Positions 48,253-61,056 of a stretch of DNA of 64,000 bases are shown piece after piece. The stretch spans positions 23,312,001 to 23,376,000 of the forward strand of contig JBNRSN020000029.1 in NCBI GenBank assembly GCA_051313645.2. The letters are read 5' to 3'. Position numbers and translations under genes: made by a program. Position 1 is the stretch's first letter. Every line of letters begins with the position of its first letter. The DNA comes from Centroscyllium fabricii (taxonomy: Eukaryota). The notes under the pieces are model-generated. The model had not been told where the DNA came from. It did not search any database and saw only the letters and a program-made list of their open reading frames with translations.

Positions 48253-48342
48253 CGACCGCGGCCCGGCTTGAACCTGCAATTTTCTGATAATTGAAGAATA
48301 CGCAACCGACGTCAGACGCTTTATCCTTCAGGTCACGCGGTC
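48253..48342 (-). pseudogene. Intron-containing tRNA-Arg(TCG), full length, mutated (intron 48289-48305)
   Basis: Reverse complement GACCGCGTGACCTGAAGGATAAAGCGTCTGACGTCGG[TTGCGTATTCTTCAATT]ATCAGAAAATTGCAGGTTCAAG..CCGCGGTCG. Confidence 0.87.
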
Positions 48343-48521
48343 GCTAATGCTGCTGAGTCGCTTTTTATGGGGCGAATCATGTGGAGATTGAAGCAAATTG
48401 CTGAAAATAAGAAGTGGATTGAGAAAAATATGAACATATTTCAAATTAATTAATAGGTCTCTCCGAGCTGGGTTCGCACCGGCGCAGGGAAACCCAATGC
48501 AATTTCAAACACGTCCTGGGC

Positions 48522-48612
48522 GGCTCGTTGGTCTAGGGGTATGATTCTCGCTTTGGGAAATTTCATGAGCCGGAAATGCGAAAAGTCCCGGGTTCAAATC
48601 GCGGACGACTAC
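48522..48612 (+). tRNA. tRNA-Pro-TGG: Intron-containing tRNA-Pro(TGG): consensus 5' exon, 19-nt intron (48558-48576), mutated 3' exon (likely pseudogene)
   Basis: GGCTCGTTGGTCTAGGGGTATGATTCTCGCTTTGGG[AAATTTCATGAGCCGGAAA]TGCGAAAAGTCCCGGGTTCAAATCGCGGACGA; TTTT at 48620. Confidence 0.9.
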
Positions 48613-48756
48613 CCCCGCATTTTGTAAAACTATAACGGGCGGCCCATGGCGATGCCCAGTTTTTTCTTGGACGCAAAGTTGAAGGTTGAATCGATTATCA
48701 CTTCCCCTTCATCTCAGTCATTAAACTCCATCCGAATGAACTATGTTTCGGTGTTA

Positions 48757-48930
48757 GAAACATAGAAACATAGAAACTAGGAGCAGGAGTAGGCCATTCG
48801 GCCCTTCGAGCCTGCTCCGCCATTCAATGAGATCATGGCTGATCATCCAAACCCAGAGAATCGCGCCCCTGCCCTCTCCCCACATCCCTTGATCCCCATC
48901 GAGCCTGTATCAACACACATCCCATCCCAT
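48757..48930 (-). mobile_element. 3' tail of an HE1-like SINE; spans the point matching window position 1
   Basis: (AGAAACAT)n-AGGAGCAGGAGTAGGCCATTCGGCCCTTCGAGCC. Confidence 0.85.
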
Positions 48931-49498
48931 CCCGTGGCTCAGCGGTAGCAAACTGAAGCACCACTCCAGAGACTTGAGCACATAACCCAGGCTGTCACTC
49001 CAGTGTAGTACTGTGGTAGTGCTACACTGTCGGCGGTGCTGTCTTTCTTGTCAGACGTTAATCCCGGGCCTCATGTCCCATTAGTGTATGCGGAAAAAAC
49101 GATGATTTCTCGCCCATTACTGATCTAACCACCAAAGACACTAAAATCGAAAACCTCGTCATTAATGTTGATAAATATTTTTAAAATTACATTGCCTCCT
49201 AAACGAGAAGTTTACCTTCCTACTCCCTGATCATTTGCCTATGTTCCCACTAATATTTCATTTGGTGGCAATCTCTAGACGAAGGTTAAAAGAGTTCTCA
49301 ATCTCAGCTCCACTTTCATTCAAGAATTCCAGTGAGCTGTATTAATTTTAACAAGCTACGATCACTGCAGGGGCAAAGCGTATCAAAGACCAGAACGCGA
49401 GCGAGGTTTTGAGGAAATTTGCCTTTCAAACTCTATTTTAGATAAGATTTAATAAAATGCGCGGCAAGTGTATAAGCATCAAACGTGCAAAGCAATAA

Positions 49499-49580
49499 CG
49501 AAGAGGATGCGATTCGAACCCACGCGTGCAGCGAACAATGGATTAATATTCCATAGCCCTAACATCTCCGCCAGCTCGTC
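49499..49580 (-). pseudogene. tRNA-Ser(GCT) pseudogene (copy of 582)
   Basis: Duplicate sequence. Confidence 0.85.
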
Positions 49581-50016
49581 GCACCGATCAGGCGCTGCCA
49601 GCCATTGCATTGGCTGCTTTTAGCATCTAAGTAGAAATACCGTGTAAGGAATGTACTTTCCGTTTATTCTGCCGGTGCACACAGATATACGATGCTGGTC
49701 AAAGCACCTGTTTTGAAATCAGGCGATCCTGGGTCGACTCCCAGCGGAGCCTTTTTTGCCTTTATGACCCCCCAGGCGTGAGTTTCTTCCCGTGTGAAAA
49801 AGTTTGCATCCTTTTAAATTTATCTGCGGCTGCACCAGATCCCATTCTGGGTAAAGGCTGCAGTCGATGCGGGGCGTTGGTCGATTTCCACCGCTGCCAT
49901 CATATCAGGCGGTGCTCCTTTTCTCCTGTTCACCAAAAATCAATATTTTCTAACTGTGTCATGTGTGACTTTTGCTATGTTCAGTGCAAACAATTATGCA
50001 GCAGGTGCTGTGTGGC

Positions 50017-50088
50017 GCCGTGATCGTATAGTGGTTAGTACTCTGCGTTGTGGTCGCAGCGACCTCGGTTCGAATCCGAGTCACGGCA
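50017..50088 (+). tRNA. tRNA-His-GTG: tRNA-His(GTG), near intact (copy of 1100)
   Basis: Differs from 1100 only in the variable loop (CAGCGACC vs CAGGAACC). Confidence 0.93.
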
Positions 50089-50881
50089 CAGCTCGCTTTA
50101 TGTTTTCTGCGGCATCTGCTATGAAAACACAGGAAAAAATAAATCTTTACTGCATGAAACAAACATTTTTGGCGGTAAAAAATAACTTACTCTTTCAAAG
50201 CCCGCGCTCACACGTGCCTTAGCCTGATGCTCCATAATTCAAACCCGCCTCTTCAACAGCTTTTTCCCCTTCCACAATCAATAGCCCTCCGTTACTTTCC
50301 TCCTTCCATTTCATTGTCACTTTCCTGCGGAATTGCCTAAATCGAACATTCACTTTCACCTCCTTACACCATTACGTTTGCTCTGCTCCCACCGCTATTG
50401 CTGGGGGCTCAAGTTCCATTCGCAGCACTCAGAATTGGTGCTTTACAACCAGTTGCTACATTTAGACCCGGGGGACCGCTCGACAGACAAGCGTTGCGAA
50501 AGCAGGGCCGGCCTTCGGAAGCAAAAAACCGATTGCGCACGAAATATTCTTGTCGTAATGCTTACGGAGTCTGACTTTGCTGCTAATTGCAGTCGATATT
50601 GTTGTCAGACCCGGATCATTCTGTGTCTCTTTAAAACGGGTTTCCTCAAACTCCAGGAACATTATGTGTATTAGTCCTTTTAAAAAGAGTGCGATTTCAG
50701 CTGCGGTGACTGAGTTGTTAAAGTGTTTGAAGTTGCATTGTGTTTCACTGCGCAGGTGCGAACCCAGCTATTCATTAAATGGAAATATGATCATCTTTGG
50801 CTAAATTCACTTCTTTGTATGAGCTGTTCCCTGAATTTGCTCACAATTCTCTCAATCAACTAGTCACTTACAGAAGACAGC

Positions 50882-50970
50882 AGCCACGTGGCCTAATGGA
50901 TATGGCGTATGATTTCGATGCTCAACAGGATATTATCAGCAGCTTTCAGGGTCGAGTTCTGGCGCGGTCG
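50882..50970 (+). pseudogene. Intron-containing tRNA-Arg(TCG) pseudogene (copy of 1965)
   Basis: Duplicate sequence. Confidence 0.8.
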
Positions 50971-51207
50971 TTTCCCTCACCAGGCAAAACCTTTTCTTTT
51001 CTGTTCTGAATCTGCCTTCAAACCGACCATTTCTGACAGTTCCTCACCTGAAGTAATATAAGGCCTTTTGCTCACAGAAGCTGATTGTAAATTTTGAAAA
51101 TTGCAGACCTGGGAGAAAGTGCAGGACATGCGGTGAAGGGCACTTTCTTGCAGAGTATTGCTGTTTGAATGCATGAAATGGAATGGCTGAGTAGAAAGTA
51201 GATATGA

Positions 51208-51288
51208 GACGAGGTAGCCGAGAGGTTACGGGGATGGACTTAATCCAATGTGCTCTCCACGCATGTGGTGAAAACCGCATCCTTGTCG
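51208..51288 (+). pseudogene. tRNA-Ser(GCT) pseudogene (copy of 2291)
   Basis: Duplicate sequence. Confidence 0.8.
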
Positions 51289-52686
51289 TGATTGTGCACA
51301 ACTTCTGATGCCGATAAACCTTTCTCTGTATTTTACTTAGAATAGGCTTTGTTCATCATCTTGCCAGAGGGGATCCTGATCTGTGTCCCTGCATTCTTTC
51401 TAGCTTATAATATTAAAATGGACAATTAGAATTGTTCACCCAGTTGTAATTGAATGAAGGTGGAGCAGTGATCAGGAATGGGGGATCGAACTCTCTCTCG
51501 CTCTCTTCCTTCTTCCTTTCTTCCTCGTAGATTGACAGGGAATGATAGACTAGCGGGGAAAAATAAATATTAGTGAACAGAAACATAATATTTGGGAAGA
51601 AATTTTACTTCAATCCGTTTGTCCAATCTTAATGACCAGATAACCTGTTTAGTGTCTTTAGTTGAGTGATAAATAATGGGGAATACATTAGGAAGAATAC
51701 TCTGGTCTTTTCAAAATATTGCCATGGGATCTAAGGCCTACGATTGACGACTCATCAGAAAATCGACATCGCTGACAGTGCAGCTCTCCCTCAGTACTGC
51801 ACTGGAGTGTCAGCCTGGATTATGAACTCTGCAGTGGGGCTTCAGTTTGCTGCCGCTGAAACACGGCTGACACCTAAACTCAGTTCATTCGGCTGGAGAG
51901 AAATGACGGAGATAAAGAGAAAGATGGCAGTGGAGTGAAGTTCAACTTGGCGCACAAGCATAAAGCGGGAATCGTTATCGACCGTCTGTTATAAAAAGCG
52001 CCCGATTAATGATACCATCGATTTCCTAAGCAATGCAAATCATGCAATGTCTATAACGAGCACTGGATCGATAGACGAATAGAATTTAAGAAATGATGCC
52101 CTGTATATCCAAATCCAGGTCATTAATATATATATAATAGAGCAGTGAATGTGGCCTCAGGCAGCGCATTACAGCCCTTCCCTGGGAAACGATATACCGC
52201 GGCCCGGCCAAACCTTCCCATACACCGCGCACAAGGACAGCAAAAACAGGCCCAGCAGCATTTGCCGAGGAACCGGAATGAGAAACATTTTATTTTATCT
52301 GTGATAGTTGTAAATATGTTTGCTGTCTCTCTGTTGTGTAGTTGTAAGTTTGTTGGAAGCGTCATTGATCAACCGGTTACTCACTTGGTTAACTCTTCAT
52401 GGGCAAAACTTTAAATCTTTTTTGTGTTTCTCATTTTCGTCGGCTCTCATTGTGTAGACTGTATTTTAGGAGTTGGGTAAAGCTATTCAGTGCTTATGAC
52501 ACCAGGATCTGGTGTAGCCTTTGGTAAAACAACAGCTCGCTAATACATGAGAGTAACACGTGCTTCACTCTTTGGTGCAAACCCAGCCAATGCGCTTCAC
52601 TTAAACAACATTGCGCCCCCCGCACGATTCGACAGCCTGAAATGTGCAAGTAAATGAGCTCGGATAAAACTCAATCTTCAAGCGCA

Positions 52687-52781
52687 GCTCTAGTGGCGCA
52701 ATCGGTTTGCGCGCGGTACTTATATGACAGTGCTCGCTCGGAGAAATGCCGAGGTTGTGAGTTCGAGCCTCACCTAGAGCA
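52687..52781 (+). tRNA. tRNA-Ile-TAT: tRNA-Ile(TAT) with intron (copy of 3770)
   Basis: Same intron; D-arm reads GGTTTGCGC vs GGTTAGTGC. Confidence 0.9.
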
Positions 52782-54206
52782 GTCAGTGCTTTTGCTGTGT
52801 GATATTCCGACCGGAGCTGAAGATACAATTGGTGTTTCCTGCAAAATATCAACTTATTGGCTGTTCCACGTGGGCTCTTAGCTTTCTCAGGTCCACCGTG
52901 TTGTAATAACGGATGGGAGTTTTAAAGGAGCCCTTCAGTGTTACTTATTCACATCAGGGAAAGAGGGTCCAGTTTTAACTGTTAAAGGCGTGTTAGATGG
53001 GGAGTATTTCTGTTTGTTCACAAAAAGCAGGATATGGAATGTCTGACCAAGCTTCCCAGCATTTGACTGAATCTTACACAAAATTAGCTTTAAATTCAAT
53101 GTTGGTCCAAACCACTGGTCTTGGCCCGTTCTTTGTTCAGATCTGGTTAAAATTAGCACGGCCCATTGAAATTCTTCACCTTCTCGAATGAAGGTGAAAC
53201 ATTGACCGCGAATCGGACAAAGAACTGACTTCCTTCTTCCTTCAGCTCGTTCGGCTGGAGTGAAATGGCGGAGTTTAAAAAAGATGAGATCCAAACAGAA
53301 ACAATGCGCACGAAAGGCCTCTTCACCGTAAGTCCTGCCCGTTACATCCGGATCCACAAGTTTGAAAATATACAGTCAGCTTCTGTGAAGAAAAGGAATT
53401 TAGATATTTTCGTTACATGAGGTCAGTGATTGTTGGAAATGGTCAGGTGTAAAACAGGTGCGATCCAGTTTAGAACCCAGTGTACAAACCGACCGCCGCA
53501 GACTGGAAACTACAATTATCTGATAACATTATAATACACGTCAACGTTAAACATCTTATCCATGCTGTGATGCGGTTATCATTATCTGATTCCTAATTGT
53601 TCTTGAAATTCCACTGAATTAACTGACTGGCGGAATCACGTTAACTCCAGGTGATCGGCTCGGCTCACCCTTGGGCCGAGTGGCGAGTGGAGCAAACACA
53701 TTCTGCAACTGATTCCTTTATATTCTTCAGGAATGGGAAACTGCCCCCTACACTCCCTGTCACACAAGTGGCCCCAGTCCCAGTCCACATTCAGAAAGCT
53801 TAATCACCTCTGAGCTGGACTGGCGATCCATTTTCAAGAAGGAGGCTCATTGTCTGCTCAGCAGAAAAGTCAATCTGCTGGACGTCCAGCTCTGCCAGAC
53901 TGCATGTTCCTTCAGACAGCTTTCCAACTGGACACAAGCATCCAACTGCCGGGCAAGCATTGCTGACTAGTTCAAGTCACCAATATTAGACTCTTCTTAA
54001 AAAGTAGTTTTGAAACTACGACTTGTATTATCAAATAAGGTATTTCAGAATTAATAGCTCAACATTGTCGTCTGTCTCCGCATCCTCATATAATCCACTC
54101 TAGAATAGTCAACTGTATTCAAAATGTTGCATTATTTTACTGTGACCGCTAATAATCATTAGAGTGAAGACATTTGCCACGAATACTCATCATTTTCTGT
54201 CCTATA

Positions 54207-56750
54207 TGCGTGGCTGGAGAGATGGTGAATGTGTGGGGGCTTTATTGCTGAGGCATTTGGATCATTTCTGGAGAAGGTGGGTCCTATAAATGGTGAATGG
54301 GTTACACTTCAAGTGAACCAGAACCAACATTCTGGTGGGAGGGTTAGCTGGTGCAGTTGGTGAGAGTTTAATCCAACTTGGCAGGGGGATGGGCACCAGA
54401 TTAGAGGAGCAGAAAAGAGGACTAAGGTGCATAAAAGAGTGAGCGTGTTGGAAAATAATAGAGAAGAATGTAGCCCTGGAGGCGGATGTAGTACAATATT
54501 AGAGAGGAGCAAACTGAGAAAGACTACGAAAAATTTTAAAATGGGTTTACAATGCATGTACATAAATGTGGTAAATAAGGTTGGTCAGTAGACGCACAAT
54601 TAGCTGTGTGACAATATGATGCTGTAGCAATAACCAAAACGGGACTTTAAAACGGTAAGGACTTGGCATTTAATGTTAAAGGGTACAAGATGTTCAGAAA
54701 AGATATGGGAGGAACAATGGTTGGTGGAGTGACAGCGCTGATTAATGAGGACATCGTAGTGTTGGACACGGAGAATGTGCTTGAGGAGTTAAAGACAGAA
54801 TCCGTTTCGTTAGAGTTGATGAGAAAAAAGGTTGTGAGCACGGAATTGGGGGTATTCTAAAGGCCCCCAAATAGTGAGAGGGAGATAGAGCTTCAAATCT
54901 GCAGCGAAATCGGAGACATATGCCAGAGCTATAGAGTAGTGATATTGGAGGACTTTATTTACCCAAATATCGATCGGGAGAATGCTACATGTAAAGGAAC
55001 GTAGGAGGAGGAAGTTCTGAAATGTGTTCAGGAGAAATCCCTTGACCAGTATATTCATTGCCCAAGTAGGAAGGAGGCGTTTCTAAACCTGATACTGCAG
55101 AATAAGTTGTGCCAGGTCGAACAATTGTCCGTCGGAGAACACTTGCATACGAGTGATCATAATATCATAAGATTTAGATTAGCAATGGAGATGAGCAAGG
55201 AACAATCTATAGTGGACGTCTAAACTGGAATAAGGCTAACTTCAATAGGAAGTGAAATGATCCAGCCAGGCTAAAATTGTACCAAATGATGAATGGGAAA
55301 GCTGTAACGTATCAAATAGTGATCTTTAGGGAGGAGTTGTTCCAAGTAAAGGCTAGATGCATTCCAAAAAGAGGGAAGGGTAAGGGAACCAAATCAAGAG
55401 CTCGTTGGATGACAGGAGAGTTGGAGAAGATGATGAAACAGAAAAAGAGGGTATATGATGAAGGTCAGGTGAATTCTTCAACGGTAAATCAGACCAAGTA
55501 CAATAAGTTGAGAGGGGAAGTGAAGATGAAAGTAAGATTAGCGAAGAAAGAACATGAGAGTAGAATGGCGGTTAACATAAAAGGAAAACCCAAAACAGTA
55601 AAGCGGGTAATAAGAGGTGGGATGGGGTCCATTACAGACAAGGAAGGTGATAGGATTCTCCGAGGTGCAGGGCAATGCCAGAATACTCAATGAGTGCTTT
55701 GTATCGTTGGTTCCTAAAGAGGTGGAAGCTAACAAAATATCAGTAGAATTGGAAACGGTAGAAGCAACGGAAGAATGTACTATATAGGCTGGGTATGCTT
55801 AGAGTGGAGAAGTCGCCTGGTCCAGATGGCTTGCATTACAGGTTGCTAAGCGAATTGCGTGAGGAGTTGGCGGAAGTGCGTGGCATAATTTTCCAATCTT
55901 CCCTAGATGCGGGGAAGGTGCCAGAGGATTGGACATTGGCAAATTTGACACCATTGTTAAAGAAAACGTCTAGGGACCAGCCAATAATTACAGGCCGGTC
56001 AGTTTAAAATCTGTGGTGGGTAAAGTTTCAGAAACAATAATTAAGTCTAAAATTAATGGGCAATTGGCGATGTTTAAGCTAATTAAGGAGAGCCAACATG
56101 GGTTTTTAAAGCAGAGATCGTGTTTGCGTAATCAAATTGAATTTTTTGATGAAGTAACAGGGAGGATTGATGAAGGGAATGCACTGGATGTTGTCTGAAT
56201 GGACTTACAGAAGGAGATTGACAAAGTAACACATAGAAGGCTAGTTGACAACATTGAAGCTCGTGGAATAGATGGATCAGTGGCAACTTGGAGTGGTGCA
56301 GCGCAGATTTACCAGATTAATACCGAGGCTTACAGGGTGTTCTTTTGAGGAGTAATTGCATAAACTAGGCTTCTGTTCTCTTGAATTTAGTGGATTGATG
56401 GGTGAGCTCAGCATGGTGTTTAAAGTGTTAAAATGTTTAATCGTGTTGATAGAGTTTAACTAGTTCATCTGTCTGGGAATCAAGTACAAGAGGGGAAAAC
56501 TTGAAACTACAGCCGCTCCATTCAAAGGCAAATCCGAAAGCATCTTTTCACATAAAGGTTTGCAGGAATCTGAAACTCTCCACACGATAATTCCGTGGGG
56601 TCAATTGTTGCTTCCAATACTGGGACTGACAAGTTGGAGTTAAGCAAGTCAATCAAGTTATGTGGAGCAATGGCAGAAAAATGTAGGGTAGGTGCAGATC
56701 AGCCATCATCTAATGTAATGTTGGAGCAGGTAGAAGTTTGAAAGGACTAA
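54207..56750 (+). mobile_element. Old degenerate CR1 (copy of 5290)
   Basis: Duplicate sequence; 5-bp indel near 55147. Confidence 0.85.
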
Positions 56751-56959
56751 TCGCGCTCTAAGGTCGTGAATTCTGTTCTCTTCCTTCTCAGAGATCGTTA
56801 CCCTACATTAGCTGTCAGCAGACTGGAGCAATAAATCTTATTTGCACTCCTTCTAATTTGGAAGGTAGATTCACACGAAGCAACTCCACCCTTCATTCTC
56901 CTTTTCCAGTGCCGGCACAGCTAAAAGCAGAGGAAATGGCAGTTGTACCAGGTTCAACC

Positions 56960-57485
56960 ACACACAGCAGTACCTTAAATCTAGTCCCCCAGACACCCTC
57001 CAGTTTAAATCCCTCCAAACCCAAGAGCAGAACCCAGAAAAGAGTCCCCTGTGTCAGTTGGTATTGAAACAAACTACTCCTACTCATTCAATCCTTGACC
57101 AGTCTCATATCAACACTACTTTCCAAACACCAATTAGAATGAACCAAATCATCAAACAATGCGAAGAAACCTATTTGGAACATTGGGATAAAGCAACCAA
57201 AAAACAAAGCAGATTACAATGATACCGTGCCCTGAAAAGAGATGATAAATTGGCAGAATATCTCTCAACTGTCAGAAATATAAAGCAGAGACAGACCCTC
57301 ACTAGGTACAGACTAAGTTACCACCTGTTGGCAGTCGAAAAAGGAAGACAGAAGAAATCCTGGCAGCCAAGAGAAAATAGAATATGCGGTCAATGTCTGA
57401 GAGATGAGGTTGAAACAGAGGTGCACTTCCTCCTAAAATGCAAAAGATTCGACAAAACAAGGTTTACCGGTGAAAACACAAGCTC
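56960..57485 (+). mobile_element. RTE-X-like 3' fragment (copy of 8040)
   Basis: ORF 57250-57495 with the same CCHC finger. Confidence 0.7.
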
Positions 57486-58199
57486 ACTGAGGTAGAAGAT
57501 TGTCGCATCATAGAACCATAGAATGACGCACTTTCCCACAGCCCCGCACATTGTTCGTCATCAAATCATTATCCAATACCCTGCTGAAAGTTACCGCAGT
57601 ATTGGCCCAACAGCTCAGGCAATGCAATCCAGATCATAGCTACCCTCCGAGTAATAAAGCAATCTCATCATCTCACATCTGGTTCTTTTGCCATTTAAAT
57701 CAATAATTTAAATCTGTGCTCGATAAATCTGTGTAGCTAAGGGTAGGAATGGATTTGCTTTCAAAGCAGGTGGTTGAAGTTGAGATCCAGGTCAGACATG
57801 ATCTCACTGAATGGCGGAAAAGGCTCGATGGGCTGAATGGCCCACTCCTGTTCCTATTTCCTGTCAATCGGCGGAGCTTCTGCTGTAAATGTAGGAACGG
57901 TGCCTGGATATATGAAATATAACTATGACAATTTCTTTCCCTATGTTTGCAATTCTCGGATGAGTTATCACCTCCACCAGAGTAGTGGGCTAACCTGCAC
58001 GAATTGACATAGACCCGAACTTTATCTTGAATCGTTAAACCACTCGGCCATGTTGGTGATATTAATAGCGACGCGCAGTTGTACACAATTCAACAAATTC
58101 CTTTCACATCAAAATACCAATCCATTGATAATGCCATTGATTTGAGAGCTGCTGTGGAAGAATTTAACATCAGTTACTTTCCAGTTTCCTGCTCCCCAC

Positions 58200-59200
58200 C
58201 GTCTGCTTTTCATTATGCGCTTCCATTCCCTCTACACCTCCAGCAGGGCGGCTGAAGTGCTCTCCGCTTCTTCCTTGAATGGAGGCCAACACAGTCCCTA
58301 TTCACTAACACCCTCCTCCGCCTGGCTGAACTTGTTTTGAACATACATTGAACTATTTCTCATTTGAATCCACTCACATGAACCAACTAAGGCCACTTGC
58401 TTCCACAGCTAACTTGACGACACTTCCTCCCACCTTGATTCCTGTAACTATATTCCTTTATCTCAGTTTCTCCGTCTCCATCACATCTCTTCTGATGACG
58501 GCACATTCCGATGTGTTTCATTTTTGCCTCAGCCGAGGAACTGCCTCCACCATGGTGGCCAGGACCCTAGACATTGGCCATTCTATTTCCCTCACTCAGG
58601 TTCTCACCCATTCCCCTCCCTATCAGCAGCAAGATAGGGTTCCCCTTGTCCTCAGCTTTCACCCCACCAGCCACCACATTCAACGGATTATCCTCTGCCA
58701 TTTCCAGCACATCCAGCGTGATCCCACCACCAAACACATCTTCCCCTCCCGTCCCCATTCAGCATTCGTAAGAGACCGCTTCCTCTGTGACACTCTGCTC
58801 CACTCATCTATCACCCGACCATCCCTTCCCCTTCCCACGGCACCTGCCTGTGCCAAAGCAGGAGATGCAACACCGGCCATTTTACCCCCTCCTTTCCTAA
58901 AGCCAGGGTCCCAACACACTTTCCAGGTGAAACTTCGAATTGCTTCTTCTTCTTGCAATTTCGTAATCTGTAATAGCTGCCGATTACTCTTCATTGGGGA
59001 GACCACACACAGATTGGGTGATCGTTTTGCCAAACACCTCACTTCAGTCCACAAGCTTCCGGTCGCTGGTCATCTTAATTCTCCTCCCCACTCTCATTCT
59101 GACCTCTCAGTCGTAGGCCGCCCACACTGTTCTAATAAAGTTCAATCGGAGCTCGAACAACAGCACCTCATCTTTCGAATAGGCACTTGTTAGCCTGCCC
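58200..59200 (+). mobile_element. Penelope-like fragment (copy of 9280) with 281-codon open frame
   Basis: ORF 58348-59193 joins the RT C-terminal and GIY-YIG parts that are split in copy A. Confidence 0.85.
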
Positions 59201-59799
59201 TCGACCTTTTCCTCGTCCTTTGCTAAATGACTTTATCTGAATTCACCTGCTCAAAAACATTACTGCTTGTTTCCTACAGAACTCAATAAGCTCCAGCGAG
59301 GCAGAGGATTGAGCCTCCTAGAGTGAGTCGGTTGACCGCCACACCAGAAAGACGGCACCGCTGACATATCAGTTCACCCTCAGCACTGCAATGATGTGTC
59401 AGGCAGGATTATGTGTTCAGGTTTTTGGTGTGACTTGCGGTTGCTCCCGCTGAGCTACGTCTGACACCTAAACTCAGTTCAATCGGCTGGAATGAAATGA
59501 CGGAAATAAAGTGAATATGATAATGGAGCAAAACTTCAAATTGGCCCATTAGATTAAATCGCGCGTCGTAATCTGCCGCCCATGAGAGAAACCGCCGATT
59601 TATATTTCCATCGATTTCATAATCAATGATAATCAGGCTGTTTATAATGGCGGGGTCGAGGTCAGTCAAGGTTCACTATGTGTCTGTTTAAACCGGGTGT
59701 GCTCACAGTCCCGCAGCATTCAGTGTGTCAGTATACTTTTTAAAGAAAAGCGATCCCAGATATAATGGCTGAGTTGGTGAGTTTTAACTAAATATGGCG

Positions 59800-59888
59800 G
59801 GGATCGTTCGGAATTGGAACCCGGGACCTCTCGCATTTTAAGTAGCGCAATTCCCACAGCGAGAATCATTCCGCTTGACCAACGAGCC
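59800..59888 (-). pseudogene. Intron-containing tRNA-Pro(TGG) (copy of 10884)
   Basis: Duplicate sequence. Confidence 0.88.
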
Positions 59889-60068
59889 GCCGAGGACCTG
59901 ACCGAAATTGCATTAGGTTGCCCTGCGCTGTTGTGAACCCAGTTTGCAGAGGACCTGTTCATTGATGTTAAATTTGTTTATCTTTCCTGAAATTCACTTA
60001 TTTATATGAGCAGTTTCCCTGAATCTGCTCGCAATTCTCCGCATAAGAACAACGTCGGCGTTAGCAGC

Positions 60069-60139
60069 GGCCGCGTGTCCTAATGGATAAGGCGTCCGAC
60101 TTCGGTGTAAATCGTTCAGTTATCAGAAGAGTGCAGGTT
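60069..60139 (+). pseudogene. Intron-containing tRNA-Arg(TCG), 3'-deleted (copy of 11153)
   Basis: Duplicate; retains canonical GGATAAGGCG. Confidence 0.85.
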
Positions 60140-60379
60140 GTTTAAATATATGGGATAATTTTTTTTCCCTATTCTGAACCTGGCTTCAAACCGAGCATTT
60201 CTTACAATCCCCCACCTGAAAATAACGGAAGGCCTTACATGAAGCTGATTGAACATTTTAAACATTGAAGGTCTGAGTGCACGGACAGGACAACTGGTGA
60301 AGGGGACCTTCGTTCAGATTTGTTTCTGCTTAGATGCAAATGACAGGAAATGGAATGATTGAGTACAGTGCATCCGACA

Positions 60380-60461
60380 GACGATGTCGCCGAGACGTTA
60401 AAGCTATGAAATGCTAATCCATTGTGCTCTCCACGCTTGGGTTCGAATATCATCCTCGTCG
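60380..60461 (+). pseudogene. tRNA-Ser(GCT) pseudogene (copy of 11465)
   Basis: Duplicate sequence. Confidence 0.85.
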
Positions 60462-61056
60462 TTATTACGTTTCACTGAATGCTGCGGAAAACAGGATTTG
60501 TAATCGCAAATCTCGTCAAAATCGCAGTGGTGATGCAGCGCTGTGCCACTGCACACATCCTATCTTATTAAAGTAATTGCAGACCACTGGCGATCTTCAA
60601 CGTCTTGGATGCAGGTGGGGCAGCAATCGTGACTTCCAGGCACTAAACGAAAGACTTGCGGGAGCAGAGGATCTGTTCCTTGATTTTAGATATGTGTATA
60701 TTTCCTGAAATTCACTTCTTTATGTGAGCTGTTTCCCTGAATCTGCTCACAATTCTTTCCATAAAAGGAACGTCGCCGGCAGCAGGGGTCGCACAGCCCA
60801 ATGGATAAGGCGCCTGACTTCGGTATGAATCGTTCAGTTATCTACAGAATGTCCACTTGCAGAGACAGGGCGCAAAAAACATCAGGCATTAACTCAAAAT
60901 CCTAATTATAGGGACAGTTAATGTTCTGGGGTGCGAAATTCGGTCACAGCTGCAAACAAATATGTGTACGAGAGAGAGAAAGTAATTTCTCTGGTGGGAG
61001 GGTCCAGCAAAATAGGCCACAACCGTAAAATTAGAGCTACACCGTTCAAACATGAT

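Noticed and set aside
58348-59193. 281-aa Penelope-derived ORF as a domesticated nuclease gene
   Set aside because: Non-ATG start, N-terminus and a middle stretch look out of the element's frame, GIY-YIG motif is degenerate, and copy A is broken; chance opening is sufficient.
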